Translations under genes and position numbers: made by a program
Shown here: positions 1-9,090 of the stretch, in pieces
How the letters are laid out: the number at the start of each line of letters is the position of its first letter
Position numbering within the stretch: position 1 is the stretch's first letter
The notes under the pieces: generated by a model
The model's database searches: none
Seen by the model: the letters and a program-made list of their open reading frames with translations, nothing else
What the model was told of the DNA's origin: nothing
Source: Obrimoposthia wandeli
Taxonomy: Eukaryota
DNA length: 64,000 bases
Direction: 5' to 3'
Assembly (NCBI GenBank): GCA_977020255.1
Contig: CDROCS010000253.1
Coordinates: 1,116,001 to 1,180,000, forward strand

Positions 1-560
1 TTAGGTTGGCGCTGGCTTACTTGCTGTTCTAACTGGCTTATTTGCGTCGTTAACTGCTGCAGTTGAGTATCACTATCAATATGTGCCTGTTTGGCGCTTT
101 GTTGCGATTGACTAGTTGTTCTATGCTGCTGTTGTAACTGTCGGTTAAATTCAGCGGTTAAGTTACTCTTTAGCTGTGCTTGGCTTTGTTGTATTGTCTG
201 CTGGTTTTGTTGACTCAGAGTTAAAAGTTGCGCGCTATTTTGTTGCTGTTGCCAAACATAATGGCCAATAGAAGCGAAAATACTCACTGTGGCAATCACC
301 AGTGCAATAGTCGCCGTTTTATTAGTAGGCTTTTCAGCAGCTACACGAGTGTTTGAGGGGGAAGGTTTCCTCGTTACGGTACTTTCCACAGATTTTTTCG
401 GATCAGATTTTGCAAGCGTCGCTTTTGTAGTCTCAGCGTTATTACTTGCTGTTGCTGAGCTTTTATTGGCATTAGTACCCGATGAGAGTGTAGCGGCCTC
501 TTTTTTCTCGGTGTCGCTATTATCCGATAGGTTGTTTTTAGAGACTTCGTTATCCGACAT
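1..560 (-). CDS. hemX: HemX (uroporphyrinogen-III C-methyltransferase family membrane protein), 5' part; runs off the left edge
   Basis: Hand translation from ATG at 560 gives MSDNEVSK..., an S/T/K-rich N-terminus, one TM helix (IALVIATVSIFASIGHYVW), then a Q-rich coiled coil with no stop; directly downstream of hemC-hemD. Confidence 0.8.
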   Translation of the reverse strand, partial: MSDNEVSKNNLSDNSDTEKKEAATLSSGTNANKSSATASNNAETTKATLAKSDPKKSVESTVTRKPSPSNTRVAAEKPTNKTATIALVIATVSIFASIGHYVWQQQQNSAQLLTLSQQNQQTIQQSQAQLKSNLTAEFNRQLQQQHRTTSQSQQSAKQAHIDSDTQLQQLTTQISQLEQQVSQRQP

Positions 561-588
561 AATTCTATATTCCATCTTATAAATAGGC

Positions 589-1431
589 TTACGAACAAGA
601 GAATGCTTGCAACGTATTACAGAGTATTTGTGAGCTAGCGCTATGGGTATTTATTACCCGTGTTAGGCCTAAGGCCTTGGCATTTTTTTCAATACGGTCA
701 CTGACCACGATCCACAGACATTGTGATTGCCAATAATTATCTGTGTTATCAGTTGCACTGGCTAGGTATTTTACTAATGTTACTAATATATCGTTACTAG
801 TAACGACAATACAGTTAATTTGTTGTACTCGCCATTGCTCAGCAATATTTATCGCTAATGTTCGCCATACACGTTGGTAACTTTCGACATAACTTACTTT
901 AGCACCGCGTTGCATTAAACTCTCGGCAATATATTCTCGTCCACCATTACCACGAAATATTACTATTTTTTTACCCGTTACTGTCGCCAATTGTGGCAGT
1001 TTAAGTAAACCTTCACTGTGCTCTTGTCGAGGAGGAGGCGATATAGTGGTAGTAATGCCTATTGTTTGTAATGCTTGTTTGGTGGCATTACCGACAGCAA
1101 AAATGGTTTGAGCTGAATTGTTAGGTAGTGGATAGTTGGCGTGGGTAAATTCAACGGCAGCAACACTAACAAAGATAAGAATATCGGCGTGTTCTAGCGC
1201 TATGGCTATATTGTCAGCGCTGGCGTTACTTTGGTAATCGAATAGGGTTTGGCTGGTATTGACTATGCCTTGTTGATCAAGTAACAAGGCAAGTTGCTGA
1301 GCTTTAGCTTTGGGTCGGGTAATTAAGACCCTAAGTGGTTTACCTGGCATAAGTAAAGCCGACTCATTTGTAGGTGTCTCAAGTGCAGTCACTTGAGACG
1401 TATGTTCGACAGATTTAGTTACTTTCGGCAT
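589..1431 (-). CDS. hemD: Uroporphyrinogen-III synthase (start 1431 or 1350; the ORF-track start at 1512 overlaps hemC)
   Basis: VLITRP, FAVGNAT, EHSEGLL and FRGNGGRE motifs; follows hemC. Confidence 0.92.
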   Translation of the reverse strand: MPKVTKSVEHTSQVTALETPTNESALLMPGKPLRVLITRPKAKAQQLALLLDQQGIVNTSQTLFDYQSNASADNIAIALEHADILIFVSVAAVEFTHANYPLPNNSAQTIFAVGNATKQALQTIGITTTISPPPRQEHSEGLLKLPQLATVTGKKIVIFRGNGGREYIAESLMQRGAKVSYVESYQRVWRTLAINIAEQWRVQQINCIVVTSNDILVTLVKYLASATDNTDNYWQSQCLWIVVSDRIEKNAKALGLTRVINTHSASSQILCNTLQAFSCS

Positions 1432-2365
1432 TATCTGAATAAACTTGCTGTAAAATTTTATCTGCACCTCGGCTAAGTAACTCTTGCGCGAGTTTATTTC
1501 CGAGCGCTTCACCTTCCTCTACGGGGCCGGTGATTTCACTTTCGATCATCTCACTACCGTCGACAGCGCCAACTAATCCACGTAAGTGAATATTTTTTCC
1601 ATCAGCAGAGATAACGCCGTAGCTACCAATAGGTACCTGACAACCACCTTCAAGCGCTTTATTCATTGCGCGTTCTGCAAGCACACGAATACGGGTAGTA
1701 GCACATTCTAAGGGTGCTAATAATGCTTTCATTTTATCATCACCATTACGACACTCAATGCCAACAGCGCCTTGGCCATTTGCAGGAAGCATTTCTTCTG
1801 GTTCAATGAATTGTGCAATACGGTCACTCATTTCTAAGCGAATTAGGCCCGCAGCAGCTAAGATGATGGCGTCGTATTGACCTTCATCTAATTTTCTTAA
1901 ACGGGTGTTTACATTGCCACGTAAAACACGAATATCTAAATCAGGACGGTTTGCTTTTAACTGGCACTGACGACGTAAGCTTGACGTGCCAACAATAGCG
2001 CCTTGAGGTAAATCGCTTAATGATTTGATGGTATTAGAAACAAAAGCATCACGGGGATCTTCACGAGGACAAATGACCTCTAATCCTAAGCCGTCTGGAA
2101 AATCGACAGGAACATCTTTCATTGAATGAACAGCAATATCAGCACGATCTTCAAGCATGGCGACTTCAAGTTCTTTAACAAATAAACCTTTGCCACCGAT
2201 TTTGGCTAAAGGCGTATCTAACAGGATATCGCCTTTCGTTGTCATCGTAACTAATTCAACATTAATACCGTTATGAAAGTGCTCAAGTTGCGCTTTAACA
2301 TATTCTGCTTGCCATAGGGCAAGGGCGCTTTTACGCGTGGCAATTCGTACTGTGGTGTTATTCAT
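1415..2365 (-). CDS. hemC: Porphobilinogen deaminase
   Basis: [33 protein letters not shown] and GGCQVPIG motifs. Confidence 0.98.
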   Translation of the reverse strand: MNNTTVRIATRKSALALWQAEYVKAQLEHFHNGINVELVTMTTKGDILLDTPLAKIGGKGLFVKELEVAMLEDRADIAVHSMKDVPVDFPDGLGLEVICPREDPRDAFVSNTIKSLSDLPQGAIVGTSSLRRQCQLKANRPDLDIRVLRGNVNTRLRKLDEGQYDAIILAAAGLIRLEMSDRIAQFIEPEEMLPANGQGAVGIECRNGDDKMKALLAPLECATTRIRVLAERAMNKALEGGCQVPIGSYGVISADGKNIHLRGLVGAVDGSEMIESEITGPVEEGEALGNKLAQELLSRGADKILQQVYSDNAESN

Positions 2366-2390
2366 TTGCTTTATCCAAATATATTATGTT

Positions 2391-2421
2391 TATACCAATC
2401 AAATTAACCTTATTGGTATTA
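2391..2421. repeat. 31-bp mini inverted-repeat element (TATACCAAT...ATTGGTATTA)
   Basis: Same terminal motif as the 163-bp MITEs; the cyaY TAA stop overlaps its end. Confidence 0.55.
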
Positions 2422-2739
2422 CTGCGCTGAAAGTGTTAATTCAGTTTCAGCCTGTGTGCTAACAGCGTTTGATAAAAACAGCCAAAACTCTTCGCCACTG
2501 CGCTTATCTGTCCAACTATCGTTGTTCAAGACAAAATGGTGCCCATTGAATTTTGTTGCTACCCATATTTCATGTAAGGGTGCTTGCTTGTTTATTATCA
2601 CTTTGCTGTTATTTTTGAAAGTCAGCGTTAATAATCCGCCAACTCCTTCGTAATCTATGTCGACACCAGAGTCTTCAATCGCCTCTTCTATAGCGAGAAG
2701 AAGTGCTTCGGCGATCAAGTTGTATTGGCTATCGTTCAT
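2419..2739 (-). CDS. cyaY: Iron donor protein CyaY (frataxin homolog)
   Basis: GGLLTLTF, IINKQAPLHEIWVA and GHHF motifs; 106 aa. Confidence 0.96.
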   Translation of the reverse strand: MNDSQYNLIAEALLLAIEEAIEDSGVDIDYEGVGGLLTLTFKNNSKVIINKQAPLHEIWVATKFNGHHFVLNNDSWTDKRSGEEFWLFLSNAVSTQAETELTLSAQ

Positions 2740-2779
2740 TGCTTATCCTTTAAATACCATTAATTGTCTAAGTGAGTAT

Positions 2780-2942
2780 TATACCAATGGCACTAATTAA
2801 GTGATCATTTTCAAATGGCCTAAATATCCAATAACGTCGTTGCTTTCAATCCTAATAGCTAGCTATTGCTCAATCAAGCGTCTTGTTCTTGAAAATTTAT
2901 TCTCATTGAATTCTATAATCTTAATTAATCCAAATGGTATTA
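2780..2942 (+). mobile_element. 163-bp MITE/ERIC-like element, family A, copy 1
   Basis: TATACCAAT...AATGGTATTA termini; 10 mismatches in 163 bp against the inverted copy at 15938-16100 (hand alignment). Confidence 0.85.
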
Positions 2943-3055
2943 TTGTTGATAAGCATGTGAGTATAATAGCAATCAGACAAAATAAATATAGATATAGCGC
3001 GGTTAAGTTACGCTAAAAAGCTTGATTTAAACGACTTTCATGGCAAAAAACCATC

Positions 3056-3358
3056 ATGCGTACTCATAGACTTCATTACTTACATCAAAAGCCACATCAA
3101 AAATTAAAATTAAAATCAATTTTACTGACCCTTGCTGCCGTTATTTTTTTATCTGCTTGTGGCATTAAAGGTGATTTGTACCAAACGCCCGAGCAAGCAG
3201 TTACTTCAAAAGATAAAGTAGCGCAGAGTGATGAAGGCCAAAAGACAAGTGTAAATAAAAACGCTGAGTCACAAAAGCAGCAAGCAGTTCAGCAGCCAAA
3301 TGAGCAAACAGAACAAGTTACTTACCAGTCAACAGACCAAGTTAAAGGGCAACAATAA
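3056..3358 (+). CDS. lptM: LptM/YifL-family lipoprotein
   Basis: Lipobox LSAC followed by GIKGDLY (CGxKGxLY); immediately upstream of dapF. Confidence 0.8.
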   Translation: MRTHRLHYLHQKPHQKLKLKSILLTLAAVIFLSACGIKGDLYQTPEQAVTSKDKVAQSDEGQKTSVNKNAESQKQQAVQQPNEQTEQVTYQSTDQVKGQQ

Positions 3359-4188
3359 TGTTAGTCAATTTTTCTAAAATGCATGGTTTAGGTAATGACT
3401 TTTTAGTACTTGATAATGTCACACAAAATGTTTTTTTATCGCCAGAACAAATCGCTAAATTTGCTAACAGAAATTTTGGTGTAGGTTTTGATCAACTCTT
3501 AGTTGTTGAGCCTCCTTATGACCCCGATTTAGACTTTCATTATCGTATATATAATGCGGATGGTAGTGAAGTAGGCCAATGTGGTAACGGCGCTCGCTGT
3601 TTCGCAAAGTTTGTCCGTATGAAAGGTTTATGTAATAAACATAAAATAAAAGTTTCAACCAGCACAGGTAAAATGAATTTACACATAGAGCGTGATGGTA
3701 ATATTTCAGTCACTATGCCGGTGCCACAATTTGAACCGAGTAAAATACCTTTTAATGCACAAAAAACAGAAGGCACGTATATTCTGCGTAGTGAAAGTGA
3801 AACTGTTTTGTGTGGTGTTGTCTCAATGGGTAACCCTCACTGTGTCGTGACAGTAGATAGTGTTGTTGAAGCTGATGTTGAATCACTTGGGCAAGAATTA
3901 TCTATCCATGAGCGTTTCCCTGAAGACGCCAATGTTGGTTTTATGGAAATCGTTAGCCCTAATTATATTAAGTTAAGGGTTTATGAGCGCGGTGCAGCAG
4001 AAACCTTAGCCTGTGGGAGTGGTGCGTGTGCCGCTGTTGTTATTGGTTATATGCAGAAAAAGCTAGCGAAACAAGTTACCGTAGAATTGCCAGGTGGAAA
4101 ATTACGTATATTTTGGCAAGGACCGGGTCATCCAGTGAAAATGTCTGGGCCGGCAACGCACGTATTTGATGGTCAAATATCCATATAA
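3358..4188 (+). CDS. dapF: Diaminopimelate epimerase
   Basis: [16 protein letters not shown] and [13 protein letters not shown] motifs. Confidence 0.98.
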   Translation: MLVNFSKMHGLGNDFLVLDNVTQNVFLSPEQIAKFANRNFGVGFDQLLVVEPPYDPDLDFHYRIYNADGSEVGQCGNGARCFAKFVRMKGLCNKHKIKVSTSTGKMNLHIERDGNISVTMPVPQFEPSKIPFNAQKTEGTYILRSESETVLCGVVSMGNPHCVVTVDSVVEADVESLGQELSIHERFPEDANVGFMEIVSPNYIKLRVYERGAAETLACGSGACAAVVIGYMQKKLAKQVTVELPGGKLRIFWQGPGHPVKMSGPATHVFDGQISI

Positions 4189-4231
4189 CCCGCTACTTTT
4201 CCTAATTCCTATGAGTTAGTGATGGCATCCA

Positions 4232-4945
4232 ATGAAAGAAGAAATTAGCAAAATGAATGATGTGCAACAAGGTATCAATAGTGAAGATATTCCATTAACT
4301 GATGAGTTAGTGGTTAGTTATTTGCAAGATAATCCTGAGTTTTTTAATCGTAATAATAGTCTAATGACGAGTTTACGGCTCAATGATGAGCACCGTGGTA
4401 CTGTTTCTTTAGTGGAACGTCAACAGCAACAACTTCGCCAAAAAGTGCATGGTTTAGAAGATGAAATTACCCAGTTAATGTCAGTAGCTAACCATAATGA
4501 GCAGTTATTTGTACTTTACAGTGACCTCTATTTACGTTTACTTGATTGTCAGTCAGCGGAAGAATTACTGGATTGTTTACACCAAGCAACAACTGAATTG
4601 TTATCTTTATCTTCGTTTAAATTGTGGTTAGTTCCTGCAGATACTACCGATGTTACTCACCATAGCTTATCGACCAATGATTGTGCTGGTGTTATGCAAA
4701 ATCGCTTAACTAATGACGAGTACTATTTTGGTCGCTTGCAAGAAAGTGAGCAAACGCTGATTTTCTCCAAGCCATGCTCAGGCTCCGTAGTATTGATTAA
4801 GCTCATTCATGATGAGCAAGTGGTTGGATTTTTAGCGATTGGTAGCGAAGACGCTCACCACTTTGACCCGCGTATGGATACCTTGTTACTTAATCAGTTT
4901 AAACGCTTGGTTGCTAAGTTATTACACCAACAGTTATCAATGTAA
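4232..4945 (+). CDS. yigA: DUF484 family protein (YigA)
   Basis: YLQDNPEFF, VSLVERQ and HFDPRMDTLLL motifs; located after dapF. Confidence 0.88.
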   Translation: MKEEISKMNDVQQGINSEDIPLTDELVVSYLQDNPEFFNRNNSLMTSLRLNDEHRGTVSLVERQQQQLRQKVHGLEDEITQLMSVANHNEQLFVLYSDLYLRLLDCQSAEELLDCLHQATTELLSLSSFKLWLVPADTTDVTHHSLSTNDCAGVMQNRLTNDEYYFGRLQESEQTLIFSKPCSGSVVLIKLIHDEQVVGFLAIGSEDAHHFDPRMDTLLLNQFKRLVAKLLHQQLSM

Positions 4946-4969
4946 GAATTCTAAGGATTATGTGAGACT

Positions 4970-5782
4970 ATGCAATTTTACCGACGTTTAACCACAATTA
5001 AGGCTATCAGCTTTGATTTAGATGACACTTTATATAATAACCGTCCAGTAATGCAGGCGGTTGAACAGCAGATGGCGCAGTACTTTACTGAAAAGTTCGC
5101 CACTATATTACCTGAGCTATTACTTGGGCCAAAGCAGGTTTTTAACCGACGTTTCTGGGCACCATATCGCCAACAGGCGATCAAAGTACATCAAGATATT
5201 TCTCATGATGTGGTCAGGCTGCGTTTTGAAAGTTATCGTTTAGGTTTGCTGGCATATAATCTCTCTGCAGAAGCAGCGAAAAAAGAAGCACAAGCGGGCT
5301 TAGATTATTTTATTAACTTACGTAGTGATTTTACCGTACCCAAAGCGAGCCATGATTTATTAGCGAGATTAAGCAAAGTATTTCCTTTGGTGTCAATTAG
5401 TAACGGCAATGTAGATACCAAAGCGTTGGGCATTGACCATTATTTTCAACATATTTATCACGCAGGTTTTCAAACAGATAATTGTCATGACGAAAGTGAA
5501 TACTTGTTAAAGCAAAAACCTGAAGTCGATATGTTTTCTTTAGTTTGTCAGCAACTCAATATTTTACCTGAGCAGTTATTACATGTCGGAGATTGTGGTT
5601 TTGCTGATATTCATGGCGCGTTAAATGCGGGTTGCCAAACTGCTTGGTTACCGCAATACGGTGTGGGTAAAAATTTGCAGCAAATACCTCATATTGAATT
5701 AGCCCTAGTAAGTGACTTGTCACAACTGCTACTTGAAAAAACTTATAACTTAAAACTTATAACTCAAAGTATCCCACATTAA
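4970..5782 (+). CDS. HAD-IA hydrolase (YigB-like)
   Basis: DLDDTLY motif I, SNGN, KP and HVGD...DI.GA motifs. Confidence 0.88.
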   Translation: MQFYRRLTTIKAISFDLDDTLYNNRPVMQAVEQQMAQYFTEKFATILPELLLGPKQVFNRRFWAPYRQQAIKVHQDISHDVVRLRFESYRLGLLAYNLSAEAAKKEAQAGLDYFINLRSDFTVPKASHDLLARLSKVFPLVSISNGNVDTKALGIDHYFQHIYHAGFQTDNCHDESEYLLKQKPEVDMFSLVCQQLNILPEQLLHVGDCGFADIHGALNAGCQTAWLPQYGVGKNLQQIPHIELALVSDLSQLLLEKTYNLKLITQSIPH

Positions 5783-5817
5783 AAAAGCACCATACTCATC
5801 AGAGTATGGTGCTTTTT
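5782..5817. terminator. Bidirectional intrinsic terminator
   Basis: AAAAAGCACCATACTC-ATCA-GAGTATGGTGCTTTTT between convergent genes. Confidence 0.85.
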
Positions 5818-5879
5818 ATTATATATTTTCGCTTCGACTAACTCGCTCTTAAAAAATGCCAGTAAAAAAGGTAGTTAGA

Positions 5880-6452
5880 TTATTTGTTAAAACGACGAGC
5901 ACCAAAACCAATAAGTGCTAAAGCAAAGATTGCTAAAGTTGAAGGCTCTGGAACAGTGTGTGCACCTGGTACATCGTATGAAATGCTACCACTAGTATAA
6001 GCATGTGGACCTGATGAACAACAATTAACACCTGAAGATAAATCAAAAGAGATTGAAACAAAACCATCAGCGATGATATTAGCCCAGTCAGCTTGTGCAA
6101 TAGTGGCAACACCCGTCATATTAATATAGTCACTGTGGCTACCAATGTATCTATCATTAGAGAAATTAAACACATCATTGTTTGTGTTGTTATCAAATAC
6201 AAGACCTAGAGAGTAGCCTTCAATTGAAATGGCAACATTTTCATTGCTAGAATCAAAGTCACCTTTAATATTTAGGGTAAAAGTCGCGTCTGAAGTAGTG
6301 TTAACATCAGCAACTAAGTTGATGTAATTAATAACACCACCATCTACGCTAGTTGATTGTTGGTCTAAAGTAATTAAGCCTGCGTTAGCAACATTAATAA
6401 ATGAAGTTGCTGCGAAAAACAAACCTGCAACCGCTGTAGTAAATAATTTCAT
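5880..6452 (-). CDS. PEP-CTERM sorting-domain protein
   Basis: N-terminal signal peptide; C-terminus VPEPSTLAIFALALIGFGARRFNK. Confidence 0.93.
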   Translation of the reverse strand: MKLFTTAVAGLFFAATSFINVANAGLITLDQQSTSVDGGVINYINLVADVNTTSDATFTLNIKGDFDSSNENVAISIEGYSLGLVFDNNTNNDVFNFSNDRYIGSHSDYINMTGVATIAQADWANIIADGFVSISFDLSSGVNCCSSGPHAYTSGSISYDVPGAHTVPEPSTLAIFALALIGFGARRFNK

Positions 6453-6507
6453 AGTGTATTTCCTGAGATTTAATAATGTTTTTAATAATGTTTATAGTAA
6501 TATGATA

Positions 6508-6524
6508 AGCAAAATATATGCCAG
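6508..6524 (-). promoter_or_regulatory. Sigma-54 (-24/-12) promoter of the PEP-CTERM gene
   Basis: Minus strand reads CTGGCATATATTTTGCT (GG-N10-GC), about 55 bp upstream of the ATG. Confidence 0.8.
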
Positions 6525-6584
6525 CATGATAATCCCTTTGTTTTCAATTGCTTATTTGTTTTGTTTTAGATTGGCTAAGTTAAC

Positions 6585-6601
6585 TGTAAAATTTACAGAC
6601 A
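6585..6601. promoter_or_regulatory. Candidate enhancer-binding-protein site (TGT-N11-ACA)
   Basis: TGTAAAATTTACAGACA, about 60 bp upstream of the sigma-54 box. Confidence 0.55.
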
Positions 6602-6644
6602 CTTTCTAATGTCCTTTACACCTAGATTAAATTCTTATTTAGCA

Positions 6645-6660
6645 CTGTAAAAATAAACAG
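6645..6660. promoter_or_regulatory. LexA (SOS) box upstream of uvrD
   Basis: CTGTAAAAATAAACAG matches CTG-N10-CAG; uvrD is a known SOS gene in E. coli. Confidence 0.75.
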
Positions 6661-6765
6661 CGAAGCACAGCACCTAACTACAAATGGTGGTATACTTTTG
6701 CTTTTTGTTTAACACTATTATCTGCCTAACCTAGCTAATACCACCTCAATAAAGGTTTTAACCCT

Positions 6766-8940
6766 ATGGACGTTTCAGAATTACTCGACTCTCTTAATGA
6801 TAAACAGCGTGATGTTGTTGCTGCTCCAAAACAAAATATGCTTATTTTGGCTGGCGCAGGTAGTGGTAAAACGCGAGTATTAGTACAACGTATCGCATGG
6901 CTAATGCAAGTTGAGGGAGTCTCTTCGCACAGTATTTTGGCGGTAACCTTTACCAATAAAGCCGCAGCAGAGATGCGTGCTCGTGTAGAACAAGTGACGA
7001 ATGGTAATACTCACGGTATGTGGATAGGCACTTTTCATGGCTTGGCACATCGTTTATTAAGAATGCACTTCCAAGAAGCTAATTTACCACAAAGCTTTCA
7101 AGTGCTTGATAGTGATGATCAGCTTCGTTTAATTAAACGAATTGTTCGTTCATTAGAGCTTGATGAGAAAAAATGGCCACCGAAGCAATTTGTTTGGTAC
7201 ATCAATGGTAAAAAAGATGAAGGCCTTCGTCCTCAACATATTGATGCCCAGTTCGATCCCACAGAAGAGCTGTTTGTTAAAGTTTATAAAGCCTACCAAG
7301 AAACCTGTGATCGAGCGGGATTAGTTGATTTTGCCGAATTGTTATTGCGAGCCCATGAATTGTGGTTGAAAAATCCAGCATTACTCGAACATTATCAACA
7401 GCGTTTTGGTCATATATTAGTAGATGAGTTTCAAGATACTAATGCGATTCAATATGCATGGCTTACTATGCTGGGTAAGGCGCGTAGTAAGGTTATGATT
7501 GTTGGTGATGATGATCAATCAATCTATGGCTGGCGTGGTGCAAAAATTGAAAATATTGAACGTTTTTTAAAAGAATATGATGAGGCGAAAACCATTCGCC
7601 TTGAGCAAAATTATCGCTCAACTGCTAATATTTTGAAATCAGCTAACCAGCTAATTTGCAACAATACTAACCGTATGGGTAAAGAGCTGTGGACTGATGG
7701 CGAAGCGGGCGAAAAAATCTCAATTTATACTGCTTTTAATGAAATTGATGAAGCACGCTTTATCGCCGGCCGCATAAAACAATGGCGTGACGATGGCGGT
7801 AAACTTGATGAAGTAGCGATATTATATCGCTCAAATGCACAATCACGTTTACTTGAAGAAGCGTTACTGCAAGGGCAATTGCCGTATCGTATTTATGGTG
7901 GTCAACGATTCTTCGAACGACAAGAAATCAAAGATGCGCTTGCTTACATGCGTCTTATTAATAATCGTGATGATGATGCAGCCTTTGAGCGTGTTATCAA
8001 TACACCAACTCGTGGCATTGGTAATCAAACCTTATCACTGGTCAGAGACGCAGCTCGGGGTATGGAAGTAACCATGTGGCAAGCTTGCCAGCAGATGTTA
8101 CAAGCAGAGCAATTGAAGGGTAGGGGCGCTAAAACGATTACAGCGTTTATTCAACTTATTGAACAATTAGAAGATGATACCGCTAATTTAGATTTAGACC
8201 AGCAGGCGAACTTTATTATCAGCCATAGTGGTTTAAAGGCTATGTATCAGGCAGAAAAAGGTGAACGTGCTGCACAGCGTATAGAAAACTTAAATGAGCT
8301 AGTCACAGCATGTCAAACCTTTGAAAGCGATCCTGAATTAGCAGAAGAACAAACTCCGTTAACAGCATTTTTAACCCATGCGGCATTAGAGTCAGGTGAA
8401 TCACAAGCTGATGAGTTTGAAGCGGCGGTTCAGTTAATGACAATGCACTCAGCTAAAGGCTTAGAGTTTCCTTTGGTTTTTATTGCGGGTCTCGAAGAAG
8501 GTATGTTCCCCTCGCAACAATCGGTTGAAGAAATTGGCCGCTTAGAAGAAGAACGCCGCTTGTGTTATGTCGGTATGACAAGAGCAATGCGCAAGCTCTA
8601 TTTATGTCACGCGGAAAGCCGTCGTTTATATGGACAAGAAAAATTCCATAAAGCGAGTCGTTTTTTACGTGAATTACCTGAAGATTGTATCGAAGAAATT
8701 CGCATGCAGTCGCAAGTAAAGCGACCCAGTAAAGTTGGAAAGTTCTCCAATACCTTCACACTTGAAACCTTTGAAAATACAGGTTTTAAGTTGGGACAGC
8801 AGGTTAAACATGCTAAGTTTGGTGAAGGTGTGGTGCTTAACTATGAAGGCAGCGGTGCTCAATCACGTATTCAGGTAAATTTTGCCGATGTCGGTAGCAA
8901 GTGGCTCGTGGTGGAATACGCCAATTTACAAGCGGTTTAA
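6766..8940 (+). CDS. uvrD: DNA helicase II
   Basis: AGAGSGKT, VTFTNKAA, DEFQDTN, GDDDQSIY, HSAKGLEF and EEERRLCYV motifs; 724 aa. Confidence 0.98.
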   Translation: MDVSELLDSLNDKQRDVVAAPKQNMLILAGAGSGKTRVLVQRIAWLMQVEGVSSHSILAVTFTNKAAAEMRARVEQVTNGNTHGMWIGTFHGLAHRLLRMHFQEANLPQSFQVLDSDDQLRLIKRIVRSLELDEKKWPPKQFVWYINGKKDEGLRPQHIDAQFDPTEELFVKVYKAYQETCDRAGLVDFAELLLRAHELWLKNPALLEHYQQRFGHILVDEFQDTNAIQYAWLTMLGKARSKVMIVGDDDQSIYGWRGAKIENIERFLKEYDEAKTIRLEQNYRSTANILKSANQLICNNTNRMGKELWTDGEAGEKISIYTAFNEIDEARFIAGRIKQWRDDGGKLDEVAILYRSNAQSRLLEEALLQGQLPYRIYGGQRFFERQEIKDALAYMRLINNRDDDAAFERVINTPTRGIGNQTLSLVRDAARGMEVTMWQACQQMLQAEQLKGRGAKTITAFIQLIEQLEDDTANLDLDQQANFIISHSGLKAMYQAEKGERAAQRIENLNELVTACQTFESDPELAEEQTPLTAFLTHAALESGESQADEFEAAVQLMTMHSAKGLEFPLVFIAGLEEGMFPSQQSVEEIGRLEEERRLCYVGMTRAMRKLYLCHAESRRLYGQEKFHKASRFLRELPEDCIEEIRMQSQVKRPSKVGKFSNTFTLETFENTGFKLGQQVKHAKFGEGVVLNYEGSGAQSRIQVNFADVGSKWLVVEYANLQAV

Positions 8941-8975
8941 CGATTTCGCGGTTTGACATAGTACTCGTTTATTTG

Positions 8976-9041
8976 GATACGTTTTTTTAGCACCATCGAA
9001 GAAGCGCTCTGCAACAAGCATCTTCAAGAGGAACGGGTATA
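8976..9041. repeat. Family B mini-element remnant (left boundary uncertain)
   Basis: Right end GCATCTTCAAGAGGAACGGGTATA matches 61316-61339 at 20/24 positions. Confidence 0.5.
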
Positions 9042-9090
9042 TCTTGAATCTAACCGCCAGAAATTAGCCTATTTAAAATCAGAAGGTGTT

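Noticed and set aside
289-582. Short ORF-track calls overlapping larger genes (e.g. 289-582, 2456-2653, 31098-31604, 42400-42705, 63704-63937)
   Set aside because: These are antisense or alternative-frame shadows of well-supported genes, with no motifs.
2801-3016. 71-aa ORF in the cyaY-lptM spacer
   Set aside because: It lies mostly within the 163-bp MITE, and the same peptide recurs at copy 2; a repeat-derived frame.
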